This document shows, in pieces, positions 43,561 to 52,463 of a stretch of DNA of 53,881 nucleotides. Origin of the DNA: Candidatus Woesearchaeota archaeon. Lineage in GTDB: Archaea > Nanobdellota > Nanobdellia > Woesearchaeales > JACJVW01. The DNA lies in contig JAWOGQ010000093.1 in assembly GCA_046496745.1 (NCBI GenBank), positions 1 through 53,881 on the forward strand, in the 5' to 3' direction. The notes beneath the pieces were generated by a model that was given only the letters and a program-made list of their open reading frames with translations, made no database searches and had not been told where the DNA came from. The translations under genes were made by a program, and so were the position numbers. Within the stretch, counting starts at the first letter, position 1. Each line of letters opens with the position of its first letter.

Positions 43561-44787
43561 TTACTCTCTCTGTTTTGCAGCTAGACGGTGAGCATCCAAC
43601 CCTTCCATCTCTGCCAATGACTGGCAGACTTTTGAAAGATTCTGAGCACCCTCTCTTGTGAATTGCTGAAATGTCAGGACCTTCACAAAATCCTTCACTG
43701 AAAGTCCTCCTGTGTATCTGGCGGCACCGTTAGTAGGGAGGATGTGGTTTGTCCCGGCGCAATAATCTCCAAAGACTTCTGCACTATAGCTTCCTATAAA
43801 AAGGGAACCATAGTTTATCAGAAGAGGGACCAGTCTGTCGGATTCTTTCACCTGTAATTCAAGGTGTTCAGGAGCTCTCTTGTTTGCTATGTTCACCGCT
43901 TCCTGTAATGATTCAGCAAGAACAATGGAACTATTGCTTAGTGCCTTTTTTGCTATATCTTTTGTCTTGAGTTCTTCCAATTGTTTCTCAACCTCTGCTT
44001 CCACTGCTTTTGCGATTTCCCTGGAATCAGTAAGGAGATCTGCCCTGGCATCAGGATCATGTTCTGCCTGTGCGAGCATATCTGCCGCAATCAATGCAGG
44101 ATCTGCAGTTTGGTCAGCTATGATGAGCACTTCACTTGGACCTGCAATGAAATCAATGCCTACAATACCAAATACTTCCTTTTTTGCTGCAGTAACATAT
44201 GCATTGCCAGGACCCACAATTTTTGCAACCTTGGGAACGGTCTCGGTGCCATACGCCATTGCTCCGATTGCCTGGACCCCACCTATGCAGAAAATGCTGT
44301 CAGCTCCGGCAATATCTGCTGCTACAATAGTTATTGGCTTAATCTTTGGGGAACACACAATAACTTCTTTTACTCCTGCAACTTTTGCAGGAATTACACT
44401 CATAAGTGCAGACGATGGAAGGGGATAATATCCTCCAGGCACATAGCAGCCTACGGACTCCAAAGGGACGATACGTTGTCCCAGTATCATACCATTACGC
44501 TCTACCTGAAAACTTTTGAGACTCTCGAGTTGTTCCTGTGCAAATAGACGGATGTTTTCAGCCGCTACTTTTACTGCCTCAATATCCTCTGGTCTTACTT
44601 TTTCGTATGCTTGTTTTATCTCATCACTAGTCAACCTAAACCTGCTTAAATCCTGGTTATCAAACTGCTTAGTATATTGCATTACCGCAGTGTCTCCATT
44701 AGTTTTTACATCTTGTAATATGTCTGTTACATTTGGAAGTCCCAAACTCATGTATTCATAAAAATCCTTTTGTAGTTCCTTTATCAT
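43561..44787 (-). CDS. hisD: Histidinol dehydrogenase
   Basis: 408 aa with IVGPGNAYV, LAQAEHDPDA and GDYCAGTNHILPT. AAGGAGGAG lies upstream, and the ATG overlaps the hisIE stop. Confidence 0.95.
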   Translation of the reverse strand: MIKELQKDFYEYMSLGLPNVTDILQDVKTNGDTAVMQYTKQFDNQDLSRFRLTSDEIKQAYEKVRPEDIEAVKVAAENIRLFAQEQLESLKSFQVERNGMILGQRIVPLESVGCYVPGGYYPLPSSALMSVIPAKVAGVKEVIVCSPKIKPITIVAADIAGADSIFCIGGVQAIGAMAYGTETVPKVAKIVGPGNAYVTAAKKEVFGIVGIDFIAGPSEVLIIADQTADPALIAADMLAQAEHDPDARADLLTDSREIAKAVEAEVEKQLEELKTKDIAKKALSNSSIVLAESLQEAVNIANKRAPEHLELQVKESDRLVPLLINYGSLFIGSYSAEVFGDYCAGTNHILPTNGAARYTGGLSVKDFVKVLTFQQFTREGAQNLSKVCQSLAEMEGLDAHRLAAKQRE

Positions 44788-45341
44788 TTTCTCCTCCTTA
44801 ATTCTTTCAATATTTCGTATGGTTCAATTTTCTCGCGTACCATGAGTACCATCACAAAGTAGGTCAGGTCAGAGATTTCCCAAACAAGGTTATCACGGTC
44901 AGTATAAGCAATAACCTCCTCACTTTCCTCACGGATCTTTTTTATGAGGAGTTCTGGGTTTTCAAGCAGCTTCCAGGTATATGATCCGCTCGCCTTTTTT
45001 CTTCCCTCCAGGTGTTTGTATAGCATAGGCAGGGAAAAATCCTGTTCACCAAAACAAGAATACTTTCCTGTGTGGCAGGTGGGTCCCTTTGGTTTTGCCC
45101 GTATGAGCAAAGCATCATTGTCGCAATCTGTCCTTATATCAATTACCTCAAGCACATTGCCAGAGGATTCACCTTTCTGCCATAGCTTTTGTCTTGAACG
45201 GCTGAAAAAAGTCACTTTCCCTGTTTTTTTTGTCTGCTCAAAGCTTTCCTTATTGGAATAAGCCACCATGAGTACCTGTCCTGTCTGATCCTGGATCACT
45301 GTAGGCACCAAACCTTTTGAAAAATCCACTTTTTCCATCAT
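44784..45341 (-). CDS. hisIE: Bifunctional phosphoribosyl-AMP cyclohydrolase / phosphoribosyl-ATP pyrophosphatase
   Basis: HisI blocks (FFSRSRQKLWQKGESSGN, DCDNDALL, CHTG) are followed by a HisE-like helical part (SGSYTWKLL..EESEEVI). Confidence 0.9.
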   Translation of the reverse strand: MMEKVDFSKGLVPTVIQDQTGQVLMVAYSNKESFEQTKKTGKVTFFSRSRQKLWQKGESSGNVLEVIDIRTDCDNDALLIRAKPKGPTCHTGKYSCFGEQDFSLPMLYKHLEGRKKASGSYTWKLLENPELLIKKIREESEEVIAYTDRDNLVWEISDLTYFVMVLMVREKIEPYEILKELRRRK

Positions 45342-45928
45342 TCTAACATCCCTTTTGTTGAAGGAATATCTCCCTTCAGGCGTTCATCATACTCGCTGGC
45401 TTCCCGCAATGCCCTGCCAAAAGACTTGAATATTCCTTCGATCTTATGGTGATCATTTTTTCCAGATAATATCTTGAAGCAGATATTACTTTGGCTGTTC
45501 ATAGCAAAGCTATAAAAAAATTCATAGACGCATTCCGTGCTAAATCCATTTATCTCATTACGCCTAAACCTCTCATCAAATACAAGCACTTGTCTTCCAG
45601 AAAGGTCAACTGCGCAAAGGCATAGTACTTCGTCCATCGGAAGAAGACTCTGTCCATAACGTCTTATCCCCCTTTTGTCAGAGATAGCCTGGGCAAAACA
45701 TTTACCAAGCACAATACCCACGTCCTCAACAGTATGGTGATCATCAATCCATGTATCACCTTGGCATCTTACTTTCAGATCAAACAAGCCGTGTTTTGCA
45801 AACAGGTCTAGCATGTGATCGAAGAACCCAATACCTGTATTGATAGCTCGTTCTCCAGTACCATCAAGGTTGATTTCTATTGTAATATCTGTTTCGCTTG
45901 TCTTTCTTTTCAGCTTTGCGTATCTCAT
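45338..45928 (-). CDS. hisB: Imidazoleglycerol-phosphate dehydratase
   Basis: 196 aa with FFDHMLD, IDDHHTVEDVGI and GKNDHHKIEGIFKSFGRAL. Confidence 0.95.
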   Translation of the reverse strand: MRYAKLKRKTSETDITIEINLDGTGERAINTGIGFFDHMLDLFAKHGLFDLKVRCQGDTWIDDHHTVEDVGIVLGKCFAQAISDKRGIRRYGQSLLPMDEVLCLCAVDLSGRQVLVFDERFRRNEINGFSTECVYEFFYSFAMNSQSNICFKILSGKNDHHKIEGIFKSFGRALREASEYDERLKGDIPSTKGMLE

Positions 45929-47631
45929 TGAATTACCTCTCCTAAGTCATTGACTGAAGTGAGCACATTTTCTGCTCCCTTTTCACGCAGGTTGACTGCC
46001 AGAGATTTATCTGCACCAGGGGGAATAACGCCAATGGGTATTACCCCAGCTTTTCGTGCTGCAATCATGTCGTCCACGGCGTCTCCAAAATAGAATGCAT
46101 TCTTTTTTCTCATTAACTCAAGTGCAGTTTCAATACCCAAGGGATCGGGTTTTCCACGGTCTCCAACATCGTCAGCTGTTATAACCACATTGAATAATTT
46201 GTCAATACCCTGGTTCCTCAGAAAAAATTCGGCTTCATCCTTTGGTCTTCCAGTCACTATGCCTAACTCATAGCGATCCCTGAGTCCTTCAAGGCGTGTC
46301 TTCTCAAGGACCAGTCTTTCATTCCTTATAAGGCGGTTCTTGTAAAGATTCTGAAATCTATCTTTTACCTGTTCAAATGAGACTTTCTTTCCATTTCTTC
46401 TTATAAGTTCCTGTGTAAGTTTCCAGTCATTATTGAATCCTCCTTCCTCTTTCAATGCCTGGATTTGTGATGGTTCAACAGGTTTTTTAAGGTAAAACTC
46501 AGCAGTTTCCTTTATCGCTACCCGATAACTGTTTGATACATCTGCAAGTACACCATCCATATCAAAGAGAATAGCAGGGTTTTTCAGTTTATCAATCTCT
46601 CTTATGACTGATAATACCTGATTCTTAGTACCAATGGTTATCCTTGAGCAGTTTTTAAGAAGTTGATTTTTCGTACGGTTCCGGATTAGAATACCTTTCT
46701 GTTTCAATCCATCACATATACGATCATTCTCTTCTCCAAAGTTAACGAGTATAAAATTTGCGGAACTCGGGTATACTGTGAAGCCACGTTTCTTGAGCTC
46801 TGCTGAGAGGAATTCCCGGTTACTTTTCACTTCATTAACGTATGAATTGATGTATTCAGTATCCCTCAGAGCAGCCTTACCAGCAACAACTGCAAGAGTA
46901 TTGACATTGTAAGGGCTTTTTGCTTTCAGGAGGTTCTCAGCAATGTTCTCATTTGCTATTATGTAGCCTAACCTTAATCCTGCAAGTCCAAAGGCCTTTG
47001 AAAAGGTTCTTATAATCACAAGATTTTCACATTCCTTAATTAATGCTATTGAGTTCTTGTCTGAGAATTGAGTGTATGCCTCGTCGAGAACAACCAAGGT
47101 GCCAGGATATTTAGAACAGATATCTTTGATATCCTTTTCACTTATCCTTGTACCTGTAGGGTTGTTAGGATTTACAAGGACAAGGATTCTAGCATTGGGG
47201 AGGTTATCCAGGATCCGATCTTTTGGGAAAGAAAGATCATCATTATATGGCACTTCCTTGATACTCCCTCCTGCAACCTGTGCATAAAAGGCAAACATAT
47301 CAAAGGTAGGAACCGGTATAATAATCTCATCATCATCATCAAGATAAGCATCAATGATGCATTTTATAGCGTCATCCGCTCCATTTGTGATTACCAATTG
47401 TTCTGTGCTAATATCAAGATAGTCTGCCAAATCCTGCATGAAATCGTCATACTCAGGATATACTGCAATGGAGTCATTGCACACATTCTGAATTGCTTTA
47501 ATAACACCAGGAGATGGTCCGCATGTGTTCTCATTGAAATCAAGCCTGACCATTTCTCTTCTACCCTCTTTTGGAGGAGTGTATTTCCTTAATATCTGGA
47601 TGGATTTTCTTGGTTGTATCATCTTTTTCAC
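45925..47631 (-). CDS. hisC: Fusion protein: histidinol-phosphate aminotransferase (N) + HAD-superfamily phosphatase (C)
   Basis: The N-terminal ~350 aa form a class II aminotransferase (LDFNENT.., NPNNPTG, TFSKAFGLAGLRLGY with the PLP lysine). The C-terminal ~215 aa have HAD motifs I DMDGVLAD, II VTGRP, III GKPDP and IV FGDAVDD. Confidence 0.85.
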   Translation of the reverse strand: MKKMIQPRKSIQILRKYTPPKEGRREMVRLDFNENTCGPSPGVIKAIQNVCNDSIAVYPEYDDFMQDLADYLDISTEQLVITNGADDAIKCIIDAYLDDDDEIIIPVPTFDMFAFYAQVAGGSIKEVPYNDDLSFPKDRILDNLPNARILVLVNPNNPTGTRISEKDIKDICSKYPGTLVVLDEAYTQFSDKNSIALIKECENLVIIRTFSKAFGLAGLRLGYIIANENIAENLLKAKSPYNVNTLAVVAGKAALRDTEYINSYVNEVKSNREFLSAELKKRGFTVYPSSANFILVNFGEENDRICDGLKQKGILIRNRTKNQLLKNCSRITIGTKNQVLSVIREIDKLKNPAILFDMDGVLADVSNSYRVAIKETAEFYLKKPVEPSQIQALKEEGGFNNDWKLTQELIRRNGKKVSFEQVKDRFQNLYKNRLIRNERLVLEKTRLEGLRDRYELGIVTGRPKDEAEFFLRNQGIDKLFNVVITADDVGDRGKPDPLGIETALELMRKKNAFYFGDAVDDMIAARKAGVIPIGVIPPGADKSLAVNLREKGAENVLTSVNDLGEVIQ

Positions 47632-47632
47632 C

Positions 47633-48481
47633 TCATACTATGACATTCTGGAGATTGAAGACTAGGATGTCACTTGCTCCTTTTTCTTTCAGAAGAGGTA
47701 TTAGCCTCGGTATCCTATCTTTTTCGATGGCAATCTTTACTGCGTATCCTTCCTCTGAAAAAAGCTTTGAAACAGTAGGGGATTTCATGCATGGCAGGAT
47801 TGGTAGGAGTGAATCAAGCTTTTCTGATGAAACATTCATTTCAAGAAGCACCCTTTTTCGTGCTTCCATTGCACTTCTCATGAGCATCAACAGATTGTTT
47901 ATCTTTCTCTTCTTTTGCAAGTCACGCATGGAATCACGGTTGGCAATGAAACGAGTTGAGGACTCAATCACAGTGTCAATAACTTTGAGATTGTTCTCTT
48001 TAAGTGTAGAACCTGAAGATGTGTTGTCGATTATCATATCAGCGTCTTCAGGTATAAATACTTCAGTTGCACCGTATGATCTGATGAAGACAAATTTATA
48101 CCCTTTCTCTTCAAGATAATTTCTTGTAATATTTTCATATTCTGAAGCGACACGAATAGTTTTTCGCTTTAGACTATCTTTGTCTGTCTCCTGCGCAACA
48201 GCAGCTACTATCCTAACCGGATTAAAACTGAGATCCAATAGTTCTTCGATATCTGCATCCTGCTCGATCATCCAATCTGCTCCGGTAAATGCGATATCCT
48301 GAGAACCCAGTTCAACCAGTTTTGGAATGTTTTGGGTCTTGAACATCTTGATATCCAAATCCGGGTCATTGGATGTTAACCTATAGTTCCTGTCTTTTTT
48401 TTGTATCTTTAAGCCTGCCTCTGAAAGCAATTCAATTACACCTTCAGTCAGTCTTCCCTTTGGTAGAGCCAACTTAATCAT
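47633..48481 (-). CDS. hisG: ATP phosphoribosyltransferase (long form with C-terminal regulatory domain)
   Basis: MIKLALPKGRL.., GADWMIEQ and DNTSSGSTLKEN. I chose the ATG at 48481 because GGAGGT lies 7 nt upstream. Confidence 0.9.
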   Translation of the reverse strand: MIKLALPKGRLTEGVIELLSEAGLKIQKKDRNYRLTSNDPDLDIKMFKTQNIPKLVELGSQDIAFTGADWMIEQDADIEELLDLSFNPVRIVAAVAQETDKDSLKRKTIRVASEYENITRNYLEEKGYKFVFIRSYGATEVFIPEDADMIIDNTSSGSTLKENNLKVIDTVIESSTRFIANRDSMRDLQKKRKINNLLMLMRSAMEARKRVLLEMNVSSEKLDSLLPILPCMKSPTVSKLFSEEGYAVKIAIEKDRIPRLIPLLKEKGASDILVFNLQNVIV

Positions 48482-48655
48482 TATTAGACCTCCTAGAAAT
48501 TGAATATGTGAAAATAATTCTTGTGAAAAAGGTTCTAATGATAAATAGAGAATTAACAGGACGTATGATGAATACAACCAGCACCTGTAAGTGCCTTAGC
48601 CCCATATTCTTTAACCATGGTATTGTGGAAGGCTGCAGAATATTTAAATGTTTGG

Positions 48656-48680
48656 ATAAAAAACCCGGAAAGATTCCGGT
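48656..48680 (-). terminator. Hairpin plus T6 immediately after the G1PDH-like gene
   Basis: Minus strand CCGGAA-tct-TTCCGG followed by GTTTTTTA, starting right after the stop at 48682-48684. Confidence 0.5.
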
Positions 48681-48681
48681 T

Positions 48682-49647
48682 TCATTCATCAATAACACCT
48701 TCCTTTACAAGACAATTATAGATCTCATCATCAGTGAATTCATCTAGAATAGTATACTCTACTCTATTCTTTATTTTTCGGCTTAATCCTAATATCTCTC
48801 TGAATATTTTGTTATCCATACCAAGTTGACTTATGTTTACTGGTATCCCTTTCCTTTCTAAACATGACCTTATCTTGCTTGGTTCCATATCTATTGTATT
48901 ATTTTTCCAATGAAGGAGTACTCCTACATAGGTTGCAAATCCAACTTGTATACCATGCAACTTCTTTTCATAGCAATCAATTGTATCCATTGCATGGGAA
49001 AGTGCATGCTCCACACCAGATACAGGCCTAGTAGAACCATATTCATTTACTAACCTTCCACTCTCAATCGTAGCATTGTATAAGGTATTTATTCCTTCCC
49101 TTGTAAGAAAGTCTTCCAATAATAAAAGATCCTTGGATACATGGTATGCTTTTTTCATAATGTCTTCATGTATTTTTTCACCCATTCTCTCCTTTGCAAG
49201 ATAGGCATCTGCAACTGCAGTAATACTTGCCAGGCAATCGCCATATTCAGCACTTAGGAATTGTACAGGTATATCTTGAAGCGCTGGATCAAGATAAATT
49301 GCTGAAGGAGCAGGCGTTTGAACAGTTGTTCTCTTATGGAGACTAGCTTTGCTTGCCACATTTGAAATAATGGCCGCCGTTGGTTTGGTAGGTACTGAAA
49401 TCCAAGGGATATTATTGTATTTGGCGAATAGTTTAGCCAAATCAAGGTTAGTTCCACCTCCTAAACCAATTATATAATCAGCCTCGAGGTTATATTTATG
49501 TTCTCCATACTTATAAGATTTAGCATCTATGTACATAGAATTGGTTATCTTTTCCAAATATGAATGATACTTGTCTTTCATTATTGTATCTGTGATAATG
49601 GCTCCAAAACCAGAGTACTTGGTCCATCCATCATTTCTATAAATCAT
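48682..49647 (-). CDS. Glycerol-1-phosphate dehydrogenase-like protein (DHQS / iron-ADH superfamily), divergent
   Basis: IIGLGGGTNLDLAKLFA, ISVPT and GSTRPVSGVEHALSHAMD resemble G1PDH blocks. The N-terminus is short. The region usually reading ..S.DG..S is TKPTAAIISNVAS. Confidence 0.55.
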   Translation of the reverse strand: MIYRNDGWTKYSGFGAIITDTIMKDKYHSYLEKITNSMYIDAKSYKYGEHKYNLEADYIIGLGGGTNLDLAKLFAKYNNIPWISVPTKPTAAIISNVASKASLHKRTTVQTPAPSAIYLDPALQDIPVQFLSAEYGDCLASITAVADAYLAKERMGEKIHEDIMKKAYHVSKDLLLLEDFLTREGINTLYNATIESGRLVNEYGSTRPVSGVEHALSHAMDTIDCYEKKLHGIQVGFATYVGVLLHWKNNTIDMEPSKIRSCLERKGIPVNISQLGMDNKIFREILGLSRKIKNRVEYTILDEFTDDEIYNCLVKEGVIDE

Positions 49648-49700
49648 CTGTTTAATGAAGAGAATACTTTATAAGTGGATTATTGGTAGAATGTTAAAGA

Positions 49701-49748
49701 TTTTACAAAAGAAAAGGAAAATTTTCCGGTGAATAGAATAAAAACCGG
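49701..49748 (-). terminator. Weak hairpin and T-rich tract after hisS
   Basis: Minus strand CCGGT-(13 nt, T-rich)-ACCGG followed by AAAATTTTCCTTTTCTTTTG. Confidence 0.3.
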
Positions 49749-49760
49749 CAAATCTACAAA

Positions 49761-51065
49761 TCAATAGCGCTTAATGTTTGCATAAATATCCTCTAATCTC
49801 ATCTGATCCTGCTTCCCATCACTTAAGCGTTTTACCTGGATGGTTCCAGATTCAACCTCATTCTGACCTATTACTCCTACATAAGGAATTCCAAGACCAT
49901 CAGCGTAACGGATTCCTTGTCCTACTTTTTTACCCTGAAGGTCAAGATCAACGTTAAGCCCCTGTTCTCTAAGATTCTGTGCAAATCCCATTGTTTTTCC
50001 CATAGAATCAATAGGTATCAGATAGATATCAGTCTTAGTGATGTCAAGGTTCTGATAGTAGTTCTCCAGGACTACGCAGAGGCGTTCAAGTCCGAATGAA
50101 ATACCTACTGCTGGATAAGATTTCCCATCCTGACAGAAATCTCCAACCATGTTATCAAACCTTCCACCAGCTGTAATCGCTGATTTCATGATATCTCTAT
50201 CATTGAGATAAACTTCAAAGGTCGTTCCGGTGTAATAGTCAAGTCCCCGCGCAAGGCATGGGTCAAACTGAACCGAAGGTATATTCATTGCGGATGAATA
50301 TTCAAGCAAGGACTGTATTTCCTTTATTCCTTCTTGACCAGTATCGGAATCTATCAAATCATTAAGATAACCAAGAGTCTCAGTGTTTGTATTGCGCATT
50401 TTCACTGCATCCATAACTTTCTGTACTGATCGCACAGGAATGTCCAAAGATACAAGTTCTTTTTCAACACCATCATATCCCACTTTGTCAATTTTATCAA
50501 GTGCAATAATTGCAGGCGTCTTTTGTTTATCAGGTATACTTGCATAATCTAGTACACCATCAAGTAGCTTTCGATTGTTGATTTTGATTTCTACATCACC
50601 TAATTGTAATTCCCGGAAAACATCACGTGATAATGCCAGGATCTCTGCTTCAGCACTCATCTCCCCAACACCTATAATATCAACATCACACTGGTTAAAA
50701 ATCCGATATCTACCTTGTTCAGGCTGTGTTGGCCCATCTCTGAATACTGGACCTATAGCATAACGCTTGAAAGGTAATCTCATCTGCGATTCTGTTGCCA
50801 TGTAACGGCCCAAAGGAACAGTGTGATCAAATCTAAGGGCAAGGTCCCGGTTTCCCTGATCACTCAACTGAAAAACCTCTTTTTGAATCTCTCCACCTCC
50901 CTTGAAGCCAAGGGTTTCAATCCGTTCAATGATTGGGGTCTCAAGAGGTGTATATCCATACCTTTCAAATATTGATTGCAGCGTAGTTCTTACTTGATTA
51001 CGCAACAAAGCATTTTTCCCTGACCAATCTACAACTCCTTTTGCAACTTTAAATTCCTTTTTCAT
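49761..51065 (-). CDS. hisS: Histidyl-tRNA synthetase
   Basis: Class II motifs: FRDGPTQPEQGRYRIFNQCDVD (motif 2), AGGRFDNMV, GISFGLERL (motif 3), plus a C-terminal anticodon-binding domain. I chose the ATG at 51065; a GTG at 51074 is possible. Confidence 0.95.
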   Translation of the reverse strand: MKKEFKVAKGVVDWSGKNALLRNQVRTTLQSIFERYGYTPLETPIIERIETLGFKGGGEIQKEVFQLSDQGNRDLALRFDHTVPLGRYMATESQMRLPFKRYAIGPVFRDGPTQPEQGRYRIFNQCDVDIIGVGEMSAEAEILALSRDVFRELQLGDVEIKINNRKLLDGVLDYASIPDKQKTPAIIALDKIDKVGYDGVEKELVSLDIPVRSVQKVMDAVKMRNTNTETLGYLNDLIDSDTGQEGIKEIQSLLEYSSAMNIPSVQFDPCLARGLDYYTGTTFEVYLNDRDIMKSAITAGGRFDNMVGDFCQDGKSYPAVGISFGLERLCVVLENYYQNLDITKTDIYLIPIDSMGKTMGFAQNLREQGLNVDLDLQGKKVGQGIRYADGLGIPYVGVIGQNEVESGTIQVKRLSDGKQDQMRLEDIYANIKRY

Positions 51066-51070
51066 CTGTA

Positions 51071-51826
51071 TCACATCCTTAAAGTCCAGACTGTGGTCTC
51101 ATAAGAGTATCCTTTCTTAATTTCATCTAAAGGAAAGTTTCTCACTTTGGCCACAAGATCCTTTGGTAATTCATACTTTTGTACTGACTGTACATTCAAA
51201 GGAGACTCTATTATCAGCTTTTCCATATTGTTATCACTGATAAGCACTTGTTTTTGCTTGTTTGCCTCATTATATATCTCAAAATATGCATTGTCATTCT
51301 CTCCAATAGTAGGCAAATATTTGAGTTGGTTTTTTCTTTCAAAATCCCTGAATTCAGGTAGCTTAGTGAAATCACTTCCACTCATCTGTTCGTATGGAGG
51401 ATAGGTGTTTGCAATGTACAATCCTCCTTCCTTGAGCAATCTCCCTGCCTCTTCTAGTGCTCCAGGTATAAGGTCCTCGAAAATAAGTCCATTTATGCAC
51501 ATGATGAGATCAAAGAAGTCATCAGGCATACCTGTATTTGTCATATCAGCCTTCTTAAAGTAAAAAGCACCTTCAATACCATCAATGTTATTTAATGCTT
51601 CTCCTATGAAATTTGAAGAGAAATCAGTGAGATAGGTTTGCTTATCACTAAAATAACCAGGCATAGTTTTATCTATGGTTCTTATTTCCATAGCAGGACC
51701 ACATGCCATAAATCCAATTGTCTTCTCACCATTTTTTGGCATAACCTTCTCAAAGAAAGATGGGATTACACTGACACTTAATATCTCATCTAGGTATTGA
51801 TCAGTGTTCATTTTCCATTCAAACAT
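51071..51826 (-). CDS. Probable class I SAM-dependent methyltransferase-fold protein (divergent)
   Basis: Motif I-like IGFMACGPAMEI, an acidic post-I LTDFS, FDLIMCINGLIFE and LLKEGGLYIA appear in the expected order. GGTGAT lies 4 nt upstream of the ATG at 51826. Confidence 0.5.
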   Translation of the reverse strand: MFEWKMNTDQYLDEILSVSVIPSFFEKVMPKNGEKTIGFMACGPAMEIRTIDKTMPGYFSDKQTYLTDFSSNFIGEALNNIDGIEGAFYFKKADMTNTGMPDDFFDLIMCINGLIFEDLIPGALEEAGRLLKEGGLYIANTYPPYEQMSGSDFTKLPEFRDFERKNQLKYLPTIGENDNAYFEIYNEANKQKQVLISDNNMEKLIIESPLNVQSVQKYELPKDLVAKVRNFPLDEIKKGYSYETTVWTLRM

Positions 51827-52460
51827 AACAATCACCTTGCATCATGTAAAAGCAGTCCTTTTTCCCCTGGTCATGCAAGCGGGTTGGATTGTAACCTACT
51901 TTACGGAATACATGGATTGCAGGTTGGTTCTTCAAATTGGTTCTTAAGTAAGTTCCGTTGTATCCTCGTTCTTTAACTTCATCTACAAAGGTTTGTGCAA
52001 GTTTGCTACCAACTCCCTTGTCCTGACAATCTGCAGAGACTGCAATCTCCTTTAAGTAAAAACTATCAGGTCTAATGATATTTCCCAACTTCTCTTCTCT
52101 ATTATCAGGATAACCTGGATTACCCCAGACAAATCCAACAACTCCTTGTCCGTTTTCAGCTACATAGACTATGCCTTCTTTATTTGAAAGCGTGCCTTTC
52201 AAGTTGCTGATAATATCTTCAGGTTTCCAGTATTCTTCTGTATTAAGAGGTTCTAAGCAATCTTTGCATTGATTATTGTTAACTGCATCCAAGAATTCTG
52301 GCTTTGAATACTCTGTCTCGCAATTCTTGCAAATACGATACTCATTCCAGGGTTCACCAGCAAAGGCCTTCTGGTATACCTCAATAATTGAAAACATATC
52401 TTCCTGCTGGAATTCTCTTATAGTATATTGTTTTTCTTCGACTATATCTTCAATGGCCAT
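51819..52460 (-). CDS. GNAT-family N-acetyltransferase with an inserted CxxC..CxxC zinc ribbon
   Basis: IREFQQEDMFSIIEVYQKAF.. and the acetyl-CoA loop VSADCQDKGVGSKLAQTF (Q/R-x-x-G-x-G/A). A ~35-aa insert is ICKNCETEYSKPEFLDAVNNNQCKDCLEPL. Confidence 0.75.
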   Translation of the reverse strand: MAIEDIVEEKQYTIREFQQEDMFSIIEVYQKAFAGEPWNEYRICKNCETEYSKPEFLDAVNNNQCKDCLEPLNTEEYWKPEDIISNLKGTLSNKEGIVYVAENGQGVVGFVWGNPGYPDNREEKLGNIIRPDSFYLKEIAVSADCQDKGVGSKLAQTFVDEVKERGYNGTYLRTNLKNQPAIHVFRKVGYNPTRLHDQGKKDCFYMMQGDCYV

Positions 52461-52463
52461 TTT

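Noticed and set aside
43880-48119. Plus-strand ORFs of 71-188 aa inside hisD, hisIE, hisC and hisG
   Set aside because: The minus-strand his genes have canonical motifs and coupled junctions. The antisense frames have odd composition and no start signals.
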